From: Bacteroidota bacterium
Lineage (GTDB): Bacteria > Bacteroidota > Bacteroidia > Bacteroidales > JAHJDW01
NCBI GenBank assembly: GCA_043800975.1
Contig: JAZDMK010000325.1
Coordinates: 4,001-68,000 of the forward strand
Length of the DNA: 64,000 bases
Direction: 5' to 3'
In this document: positions 8,301 to 15,110 of the stretch, in pieces
How positions within the stretch are numbered: position 1 is the first letter of the stretch
How the letters are laid out: every line of letters begins with the position of its first letter
Made by a program: the position numbers and the translations under genes
Notes under the pieces: model-generated
Database searches by the model: none
Told to the model about the DNA's origin: nothing
What the model saw: the letters and a program-made list of their open reading frames with translations, nothing else

Positions 8301-10514
8301 GGAGTATTGTTTAGGATGAGCCCCAATGCCAGTATTGTTGTTCAATCGGGAAGCGATTTAACCTTAAGTGCATGCTTTTTATTTTCCTGTACAGGTCAAT
8401 GGACAGGAATCCGGGTACAACCTGGTGGAAGTCTGGTTAGCGGTAAAGGTACCGTGATTCAGGATGCAGTAAACGGGGTAACGGCAATGGCTTCTGCAAG
8501 CCCAACTGTTTTTCCATCATTAACAATTAATACAACTATTTTTAATCATAACTCCAATGGTGTGCTTATTGAATCCGTATTGGCAAATATGCAACCTACC
8601 AATTCAAATATCATTAAAAACACAATTTTCACAAACCGTGATCTTGGATGTTTTACTCCCGGAGTTGATTTCATGGCAGTGCTGAAAAATGACTTGATTA
8701 ATGAGAATTACACCAATTGGCCAGGATCAACCGCAGCTGGTACGTCGGGGATTAAAATCGCACTGAATACTGCTAATAACAACATATATACTATCGGTTT
8801 GCCTGACGCATCAAACTGGACAAATAACCTGAACATTTATGACAATCTTTCCTACGGAATCATTTCAATGAGCTCTAATATTCATGTTAAAAACTCTTTA
8901 TTCCAGAACCTGCTCGGTAACTCTTACAACAGCTCCAACCCTTCGGGTGTGGGTGTATTCTATTCAGGGTTGGAAAACAAATCCGTTACTGTAGGTAATA
9001 CAGTCAGTAACCTGAATTCAAATACCAACGAATGGAATAAGTTCAGAAACTGTTTGCGCGGTATCAGCGCCTGGTCAAGTAGTTTTATTAGCTCATTCAA
9101 CAATGTGTTTACCAATGCTACAACAAGCAGTACTTTCAGCGGTTCAGGCACCTTTAACAGGGGGGAATATGCAATTTTCCTTCAGCCGGTCTCAAGTCTG
9201 ACCACTTCAACACTCCGTATTGAACATAACAACATTTATAACTGCGCCACGGGTGTGTACATTAATCGTACTTCCTCTACACCAACTGCTATAGAAATCA
9301 ATATTGACTGCAACACGATGAGCTCGGGTAATCAAACCAATCAATACATGCAGCGGGGGATTTATCTGATAGATCCGATTACCAATACACCCACTATTGA
9401 TCTTGAAAAATACAGGATACGTTACAACAACATTAACAATGCAATCACCAATGCTATTTACGCTCAGAACGTAAAAAAAGGATTGTATATTTTTCAAAAT
9501 TCGCATTTATCCATCCTTTTCTACAGCAGTACCAGTCGGATTCAGGACATAGTCAAAACCCGTGACGTAATTCGTTTGGCAAGCTGTGCTAATGCAACGA
9601 TTCTAAATAACGGAGTCATTACCACTTCCAATGGTAATACGCAGAAAACAACAGAAGTCCTAACTGGTATTAATATTACTACAACGCCCGGCCTTACATT
9701 ATCAAATAATACTGTAAGCTATGTGGGAACCTGTATAGTGTTTACGGGTAATTGTGGTGCGTCAGCTCTCAGAAGCTCGTTCTTTACATTAAATACAATG
9801 AAAAGCGCAAAGTATGGTTTGTATATGAATACAGCTGCTTCTTTCAATATTCAGGGAAGCGGGCTGAATACTACAGGAAACAGGTTTGGGGAAATTGGTA
9901 CTGCCCCGAACAATCTTACTACAGGTCAGACATTCTGTAACAGCGGTACAAATATTAATGTAAATGCTCAAATGTATGTATATAATGTTGCGCCCAGCGG
10001 TGGACTTACTCATGTTCCCTACACGAACTTAGTGGGCCCGGCAACAGGATCTTCTGCATATACAGTAGGAAACAGCCCAAGCTTTGGTATTATCCGGTCA
10101 ACAGCAAGTCCCTATTTTGGGTTCGCCTGCCTCAACTGCAACTGCAATGCATACGGCACGCTGCCCAGCATGCTGGCACAGCCTGCTATTGTAAGTGAAA
10201 ATCCGGAAGAGAATACATTTGAAGAAAAGACTTTAAATGATGATTCTAATGCAGGTTTTGAAAATACCGTAAAAGTATATCCTAATCCCAATTCCGGTTC
10301 TTTCAAACTGCAGTATAACGTGAGAGAAGAAGGAACGCTGAACTTCCAGTTGTGCGATTATTCCGGAAAAGTAATTGTAAACAACCTGCTCGAAACCGGC
10401 GAAAAAACGGTGGATATCAATCTCGGTGATTATCCCGGCGGTATCTACTTCTATCGTCTGCTTTCCTCCGGTGGTGCAATGATCGCTTCGGGAAAAGTTT
10501 CGGTGATACGATAA
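5328..10514 (+). CDS. Giant T9SS-sorted surface protein: Zn-metalloprotease-like N-domain, DUF11-like repeats, beta-helix-like region, type A C-terminal sorting domain
   Basis: Signal peptide MKKLTFIFSVVLLVFCCSFLKAQ. HExxH motif ILHEAIHQLGFGS. Repeats resembling DUF11 (CPGENVQYTIEVCNNSGNDAVDVNITDNLPSGLTF). Asn-rich repeat region. C-terminus VKVYPNPNSGSFKL...GIYFYRLL...GKVSVIR. Confidence 0.8.
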   Translation: MKKLTFIFSVVLLVFCCSFLKAQTNATGVDPGKKKITRLSNKVYDTYGREYTMEDIIIKKKPGGVKAQETAGIFRLDFVDGGGTGFYDGTLGNQRRAVALQVYEDLSGLIEHAMSPYTTIGELGTTRFVEIRVSSIENASDPMLGMAGQFFPEWSLGISQGTVWQTLNSGIDFWTGIDASNFGNFEFYHGTLEINWGKPIFIWDDPYGVPAMTAGEYDLYTIILHEAIHQLGFGSLITGNGNSYITGTNPGIYSLYDTYLTDETTGNPLVTWNSSYNATFNTAYLGNLTSSCSIQFDGINPTFVTSPNVFNSASSLSHFPTSNCGNPNIYLMNPSLTGGPGGLHRFLDNSEVTALCDLHYETTGVFPGQPAQPVCGTRVAGVNDNCEFVGTFGNPGTPGVNFATAHDVDFTFNSTTLLANDENANWYDDLEVMNSSGTLTGLTSGGTGNTIAFNPNSNFEGVAILRYVPRESEFGQRGNYTYVFITVMPPDVILPACNATGECGENLICHGDIEDIPAIIGGNPNLSGRPLSDAGINNLPATNSPDLFPVSGIAYFNPIFYCGNDPGGIVPPHAFLGANVQYMGLGNHQSNREIIYFPLKSPLIIGQSYSLSFYAYGGCDVNVQFLFSENPPCGADMIDPTVGNTTVCGGGGNYTPVQSEILPIDVPIPMTWTLYPQNVIINQPNINYVAVTVIPNPNNAGASEYTLFDDFSLVAINQTELTTTLTQSVNSACPGENVQYTIEVCNNSGNDAVDVNITDNLPSGLTFQPGGTFTYPVTNIPLLVNGDCQVFTLNAQVNSTLGPLTNNVQLTSGGCNSTLSSTSVSLDIVTQSLSLSSSTSASVVCPGTTIPYSIEVCNPEATPVNGIGLQTTIPAGFAAVPGSGYTVTPTTVTWDPFTLNGGTITNPACTTLVVPITVNAATGNICTEIVSGVIPCNNSETCVTVSSNYCSATPSITIPNGAFSTAFPFIAEGTLVEVLGTYNINSDVTYSGVLFRMSPNASIVVQSGSDLTLSACFLFSCTGQWTGIRVQPGGSLVSGKGTVIQDAVNGVTAMASASPTVFPSLTINTTIFNHNSNGVLIESVLANMQPTNSNIIKNTIFTNRDLGCFTPGVDFMAVLKNDLINENYTNWPGSTAAGTSGIKIALNTANNNIYTIGLPDASNWTNNLNIYDNLSYGIISMSSNIHVKNSLFQNLLGNSYNSSNPSGVGVFYSGLENKSVTVGNTVSNLNSNTNEWNKFRNCLRGISAWSSSFISSFNNVFTNATTSSTFSGSGTFNRGEYAIFLQPVSSLTTSTLRIEHNNIYNCATGVYINRTSSTPTAIEINIDCNTMSSGNQTNQYMQRGIYLIDPITNTPTIDLEKYRIRYNNINNAITNAIYAQNVKKGLYIFQNSHLSILFYSSTSRIQDIVKTRDVIRLASCANATILNNGVITTSNGNTQKTTEVLTGINITTTPGLTLSNNTVSYVGTCIVFTGNCGASALRSSFFTLNTMKSAKYGLYMNTAASFNIQGSGLNTTGNRFGEIGTAPNNLTTGQTFCNSGTNINVNAQMYVYNVAPSGGLTHVPYTNLVGPATGSSAYTVGNSPSFGIIRSTASPYFGFACLNCNCNAYGTLPSMLAQPAIVSENPEENTFEEKTLNDDSNAGFENTVKVYPNPNSGSFKLQYNVREEGTLNFQLCDYSGKVIVNNLLETGEKTVDINLGDYPGGIYFYRLLSSGGAMIASGKVSVIR

Positions 10515-10538
10515 TGAATCTAAATTCCACTACTAAAA

Positions 10539-10569
10539 GGTCGCAAGCAATTGCGGCCTTTTTTTTTAG
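10539..10569 (+). terminator. Rho-independent terminator after the giant gene
   Basis: GGTCGCAA-GCAA-TTGCGGCC (8-bp stem with one G-U, GNRA loop) followed by 11 T. Confidence 0.8.
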
Positions 10570-10635
10570 CATACATTGTTTGTCACGTTATGCGTTACAC
10601 TTGTTACCTTGCAATATTGTCCTACGCACTGGCCA

Positions 10636-10752
10636 TTTACTTTCGGTTTTATCCCACGCACGGGCTTTTTACTTTCGGTATTATCCAACGCGATTGGCAA
10701 GGTCGCGCCGGCGCTAGCGGCGCGAATCACTTTTTTGTCGCCACAAAAAAGT
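10636..10752. repeat. 24-nt direct repeat pair plus two adjacent perfect hairpins
   Basis: TTTACTTTCGGTNTTATCCNACGC at 10636-10659 and 10668-10691. Hairpins TCGCGCCG/CGGCGCGA (10703-10725) and ACTTTTTTGT/ACAAAAAAGT (10729-10752). Confidence 0.8.
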
Positions 10753-11198
10753 AATCAAAAAAACGCTTTCACCCGAATATGCGTCCTACACACAAGCCAC
10801 TGCGAAAAACTTCCAAAGGCCGGGCATGGCAGGCTCCCAGTTACAAACAGATTTTAGTTATTGTTCATCCCAACAGGAAGCCTGAATATGCCCTTGTCGC
10901 ACAAGCCAACACGGAAGCTTTTCCGCAGTTCCGCATGTCGGGTGTTTTACTAACATATCAATAAATTTATAGGCGTTCGAGAGCTCCCACCATACGATGG
11001 TTCGGTTGCTGTTTAACAGCGATCAGGTTTGCTTTTGAGCTACTTTCAGCTGCTCATAAACTCAACCAGCTGCGATGGTTTTGGTTGGAGTGATTATTTG
11101 TGTTGTATAGCAACTACAATTAAAAAGGACGCGCATTCAAACGTATTGAAAAAGCGTTAGCAAGAAACAGATAAAAACCAATAGCTCCGCAGGAGCTC

Positions 11199-11490
11199 AA
11201 ACAATCGCTGCGTAGCAGCTACATTATAGAACAGCAGCATTAAAGGATATGAGATTGAAAACAAGGTGAGTTGAGGGGAGGGCCCTGCGCTAAGAAAAAA
11301 GTGTCTGAGTCCGCCTTAGCGGACGAGTTTTTTTTCGGGGTTAAAACTCACCGTAGTTTTCACGAATAGGCTTTACGCTGCGAGTTTTCTTTTGGCTCCA
11401 CCATTTTCTTTGGCGATCCAAAGAAAAGGTGGAATGTCTTTGCAGTCGTAGACTGCTGATACACGATAAGTAATTTGGCCTGTGCGCAGG
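11199..11490 (+). ncRNA. Copy A of a two-copy structured element (candidate ncRNA or structured mobile-element remnant)
   Basis: Shares seven conserved blocks with 34119-34385, and its helices differ by compensatory changes. No frame is coding in both copies. A possible terminator ATCCGACATCGGATTTTTT lies at 11582-11600. Confidence 0.4.
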
Positions 11491-11598
11491 ATAATATCGC
11501 AAAGTATTCCCGCGCAACATTGGCTCGTGGGAAACTATAATTACAAAATATAAGCTCGTGCGCAGGCATTCTGTATCCAGCATCCGACATCGGATTTT

Positions 11599-11762
11599 TT
11601 CGTACTTCGTTGGAAAGTCACTCGTAACTATTAAAAAAAAAGAAAAGCGCTGACCGTGCGCAAGCTTTCCATTTCTGGCTTCTGACTTCGGTCTCCGGTC
11701 TACTTCGTAGTTCGTACGTTCGTACTCATTCGTACTTAGTTGGAAAGTCGCTCGTAACTATT
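11599..11762. repeat. 34-nt imperfect direct repeat and TTCGTAC word repeats
   Basis: TTCGTACTTCGTTGGAAAGTCACTCGTAACTATT (11599-11632) and TTCGTACTTAGTTGGAAAGTCGCTCGTAACTATT (11729-11762). Four TTCGTA words lie between 11703 and 11736. Confidence 0.85.
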
Positions 11763-11776
11763 TCCACCCAGGGTAA

Positions 11777-11805
11777 TAACATTTTTCCTTCTCGCCGGAT
11801 TAAGG
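11777..11805 (+). promoter_or_regulatory. Module P1 copy c: TAACA-N14-CGGATTAAGG
   Basis: GGGTAATAACATTTTTCCTTCTCGCCGGATTAAGGCA is near-identical to copy d. It lies 245 nt before the ATG at 12050. Confidence 0.45.
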
Positions 11806-11932
11806 CATTAGAAACTAAAGTTTTTTTCATTTCCGGCCGAAAGAGTGTGTGTTGTTCGATAGATTTTTCTTTACGGTCGGATTCTTAAAAATGCAAGTTG
11901 ACAGAATGATATTATTAAACCCAAATAATAAA

Positions 11933-11965
11933 CAGCGGAAGCCGAAAAGCTGAGATAGAGTAGGC
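11933..11965 (+). promoter_or_regulatory. Module P2 copy b: CAGCGGAAGCCGAAAAGCTGAGATAGAGTAGGC
   Basis: Conserved core. Upstream TTGACA...TATTAAACCCAAATAATAAA is homologous to the extended module at 17414 and 21134. It lies 85 nt before the ATG at 12050. Confidence 0.5.
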
Positions 11966-12049
11966 GTTATTTCAAAACATAATCCTGCCTGTATTAAAAG
12001 TCCCGTACAGGCTGGCATTAAACCGGGACTCTCATTTAAATTAATAACT

Positions 12050-13156
12050 ATGACACTGACTAGGCCTTTTTACAACTGCCACATTCACACATTCTCTGAA
12101 CAGGATATTCCTGTTGATTTTTTTAAAAACAAAATCCTGATGGATTTTCTTAAAAGGCATACAACCGAGGAGTTGGCTGCCGATCTGATAGGATTCATTC
12201 ACAAGATTGAATTGCTGTTAAACATTAATGCAGAAGAAGCTGAAAAATATCTGCAGTTTTACCTGATCAGCAAGATGAATTCCCAGCGCCAAATTTTCGA
12301 CCGCTGCCGCCGCGGATATCCCGATGGTTCAAAGTTTTTTGTGCTGGCTATGGATATGGCTTTCATGCAGGCAGGCAATGTTCCCCGGAATTATATCGAG
12401 CAGCTTCGCGAATTATCGCAGGTAAATACCCAGCAAATTATTCCATTTGTGCACATTGATCCCCGGCGCGAAGGATATTTTCAGATACTGCGCGAAGCAG
12501 TAGAAACACTGGGTTTTAAAGGAGTGAAGCTTTATCCGCCTTTGGGTGTTTTCCCGTTTGATGAGCGGCTGGATCGGGTGTATGAGTATTGTGTTGATCA
12601 CAACCTCCCGGTGGTAAGCCATGGAAGTCCTCATAATCCGGTACATTTCAAAGGAAGTGAAAAAGATCTGCTAAAACTTCTTGAAAACAAATATTTTGAA
12701 GTTAATCCTAAAGGACTCAATTTTAAAGAACTTTGCGACATATTCACGCATCCGAAAAACTATGCGATTGTATGTGAAAAAAATCCGCTGCTCAAAATAT
12801 GCATAGCTCATTATGGATCTTCTTCCATGTGGGAAAAAAGGCTGAAGGATAAAAACGATGGCGACAACTGGGTGAATATCATTAACCGTATGATTCAGAA
12901 ATATCGCTACTTCTACACCGATATTTCTTATACCATGTACTTCGATGTAAAGAAACATGGCAGCAGTTTTTATAAAGAATTCAGCGAGCTGCTGGATAAT
13001 GATGCAGTGCGCAGAAAAGTATTGTTTGGTTCCGACTATTTTATGCCGGCTTCACAGGAAACAGACATGACCTATGCTCAGCGGTTGTGCAATGCCATAG
13101 GACCCGAAAAATTCAATGCCATTGCCGTAGAAAACCCAGAGGCGTTTTTAAGATAG
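12050..13156 (+). CDS. Amidohydrolase-family (TIM-barrel metal-dependent hydrolase) protein
   Basis: N-terminal HxH (FYNCHIHTF), GVKLYPPLG, PVVSHGS and FGSDYFM resemble Amidohydro_2-type motifs. No signal peptide. Confidence 0.6.
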   Translation: MTLTRPFYNCHIHTFSEQDIPVDFFKNKILMDFLKRHTTEELAADLIGFIHKIELLLNINAEEAEKYLQFYLISKMNSQRQIFDRCRRGYPDGSKFFVLAMDMAFMQAGNVPRNYIEQLRELSQVNTQQIIPFVHIDPRREGYFQILREAVETLGFKGVKLYPPLGVFPFDERLDRVYEYCVDHNLPVVSHGSPHNPVHFKGSEKDLLKLLENKYFEVNPKGLNFKELCDIFTHPKNYAIVCEKNPLLKICIAHYGSSSMWEKRLKDKNDGDNWVNIINRMIQKYRYFYTDISYTMYFDVKKHGSSFYKEFSELLDNDAVRRKVLFGSDYFMPASQETDMTYAQRLCNAIGPEKFNAIAVENPEAFLR

Positions 13157-13182
13157 CAAACCATTTACTTATGATTATCAAA

Positions 13183-13215
13183 CAGCGGAAGCCGAAAAGC
13201 TGTGATAGAGTAGGC
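13183..13215 (+). promoter_or_regulatory. Module P2 copy c: CAGCGGAAGCCGAAAAGCTGTGATAGAGTAGGC
   Basis: Conserved core ending 20 nt before the ATG at 13236. Confidence 0.5.
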
Positions 13216-13235
13216 ATTCACTTTTAATTTAATTT

Positions 13236-15110
13236 ATGTCAGGACCAGCTATTCACCACCTCGTTGCGAAAAACTTTGCTAACAAGTTAAAAGCAACATT
13301 ACCGCCCGATCAGTCTGCTATGGCGGAAAAACTAACAGCAGGCCACGCACCTTACTTTTTTCTGGGATCACAGGGACCCGATTTTCTTTTCTTTAACACA
13401 AAGGATATGGACCCTACGATCAGGAAATTTGTAGAAATGTATTATGATGTAGTTGATTTTATTGAGGAGTTTAAAAAAATGCTCATTGGGATTATTCCGG
13501 AAGAGTTGATTCAGGCTGTTGAAACATTGGAAACAGTCTGGGACAACCTTGTCGAGCGTTCATCTGCCATTGAAGAAATTACAGAAATTGCAGCTGATGT
13601 TTCAAACACAATTTCTCTTTTAAAAGCTAATTTGGAAGCAAAGGTTAAGGAATACATTACCGATAATGTAGAAGTATTCGATCTTCTGAAACATCCTATC
13701 CAGGATGGTCAGCCACACAAAGACTGGTGGTGGTTCGATACTTTACATTACAGAAGAACCGGACAGTATGCAGATGCACTCCTTAAAAATTCGCCCGTTG
13801 GTACTCCTGAACATGCTTATGCTTTAGGATACCTTTCGCATTTTGCATGTGATACGGTTGGACATCCCTTTGTCAACATTATTTCCGGTGGACCATACAG
13901 AACGCATCCCAAAAGGCATAAGCTTGTTGAAAATATGCAAGATGTATGGGCATACAAGAACTTTGCAAACAACGGAGAATTTATTCAAAGCAAATTATCA
14001 GAAGAATACAAGTTCAACGGAGATGCAACCAAGCTTCCTCCAAAATTAAACAAACTTATTTTGGATAGTATTCGTGATGTTTTTAACAAGAATGGCAGTA
14101 CTCAATATGGTAAATCCATGACTTCTTCTGATCTGGATGATGCATATAGAATGTGGATGACATGGTTTGAAAAAACAACAAATGCCCTGGATCTTCCACT
14201 GCCACAACCTTATTCTTTCACAGCCGAAATTCAAGAGGTTTGGGATACCTTTACAGATAATACCAGTGATATTTTTGACTGGGTTGGAAATTCAGGTGGT
14301 AATGGTGGAATCTTAGGTTTTTTAAGTTTTCTTGCAGCATTGATTCTGGCTCCGATATTACTCGCTGCTGCAGCAATTGATGCCATTGCAGGAGCCATTG
14401 CAACAGTCGGAGCAGCCGGAGCACGTTTTTTAATTTCACTTGCATACGAATTCCTGTATAATTCTTTCATGAATTTTCATCAGGGTGTTGTGCTGAACGG
14501 ACTGGCTTTTCCTTTCAAAAATCAACTCGATCATTATCTTGTAAAGCATGTGTTGAATTCAAGCAGTCCTGATGTAATTGGTAATAATGCAAATACATTT
14601 GCACCTCATTATCCTTTTGGTAAGTTTTCCCTTCCGGGACTTGAATCGGAAGGTCACCTCATTTATCCGTATCTGAACATCGAGAAGGATGCATGCACGG
14701 GCGCTCCCAAATCATATTTCGATGCTAATGCATCGCATTATATGTTTGGCAAGATTGAATTATCGGACAAAGCTTACAAGAAGTACATCGACTTTCAGGA
14801 GAAAAACGGAAATATGAATGAAGCAGATGTAAACGCACGTTTTGGTCAGTTACAGGCACAGGCTGCCAGAGATAGTCTGGGGAACGCTGTCGATCTGGGA
14901 AAATTTCTGTACAATAAATTTCTTGAAGGTAAAAAAATCGGAGACTTTAATCTGGATGCCGATAAAGGAATTGCTTTCCAATCGTGGCGTAAAGTAAAAA
15001 AGTTTTCCGATCTGAATGATCCGAATGCACCGCATGTTGCTGTAACTACCGACAACACCGTGCTGAATACAAGAACAGATATTATTAATCCTAACAATGA
15101 CATCTTATGA
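13236..15110 (+). CDS. Zn-dependent phospholipase C-like family protein with a central hydrophobic Gly/Ala-rich segment
   Basis: N-terminal pattern AIHHLVA...GSQGPDFLFF...DTLHYRRTG...GYLSHFACDTVGHPFVN resembles the Zn_dep_PLPC fold. The central segment GGILGFLSFLAALILAPILLAAAAIDAIAGAIATVGAAGA is membrane-like. No signal peptide. Confidence 0.5.
   Translation: MSGPAIHHLVAKNFANKLKATLPPDQSAMAEKLTAGHAPYFFLGSQGPDFLFFNTKDMDPTIRKFVEMYYDVVDFIEEFKKMLIGIIPEELIQAVETLETVWDNLVERSSAIEEITEIAADVSNTISLLKANLEAKVKEYITDNVEVFDLLKHPIQDGQPHKDWWWFDTLHYRRTGQYADALLKNSPVGTPEHAYALGYLSHFACDTVGHPFVNIISGGPYRTHPKRHKLVENMQDVWAYKNFANNGEFIQSKLSEEYKFNGDATKLPPKLNKLILDSIRDVFNKNGSTQYGKSMTSSDLDDAYRMWMTWFEKTTNALDLPLPQPYSFTAEIQEVWDTFTDNTSDIFDWVGNSGGNGGILGFLSFLAALILAPILLAAAAIDAIAGAIATVGAAGARFLISLAYEFLYNSFMNFHQGVVLNGLAFPFKNQLDHYLVKHVLNSSSPDVIGNNANTFAPHYPFGKFSLPGLESEGHLIYPYLNIEKDACTGAPKSYFDANASHYMFGKIELSDKAYKKYIDFQEKNGNMNEADVNARFGQLQAQAARDSLGNAVDLGKFLYNKFLEGKKIGDFNLDADKGIAFQSWRKVKKFSDLNDPNAPHVAVTTDNTVLNTRTDIINPNNDIL

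Noticed and set aside
5644-10306. Numerous 60-120 aa ORFs inside and antisense to the 1728-aa gene (for example 7751..8107 -, 9207..9506 -).
   Set aside because: They are fully nested in a long, well-supported CDS with signal peptide and T9SS domain, and so are shadow ORFs.
10514-11590. Track ORFs in the gene desert (10514..10717, 10551..10754, 10576..10857, 10779..10964, 11341..11583, 11360..11590).
   Set aside because: They overlap one another in different frames, have low-complexity or basic compositions, and coincide with hairpins and repeats. The equivalent ORF over element copy B (34159..34401) shares only the nucleotide-conserved blocks, not a consistent frame.
11933-11965. Considered reading module P2 as a sigma-54 promoter (GG-N10-GC fits GGAAGCCGAAAAGC) or as an RNA hairpin CAGC...GCTG.
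   Set aside because: Only the invariant dinucleotides match the TGGCAC-N5-TTGC consensus, and the divergent copy at 1663 has GA instead of GG. The 4-bp CAGC/GCTG stem is broken, not compensated, in that copy, so there is no covariation support.
10570-12049. Looked for housekeeping RNAs (tmRNA, RNase P RNA, SRP RNA, 6S) in the desert and in the two-copy element.
   Set aside because: I found none of the signature sequences I know (for example the RNase P GAGGAAAGTCC box, or a tmRNA tag ORF ending in ALAA). A two-copy element also argues against single-copy housekeeping RNAs.
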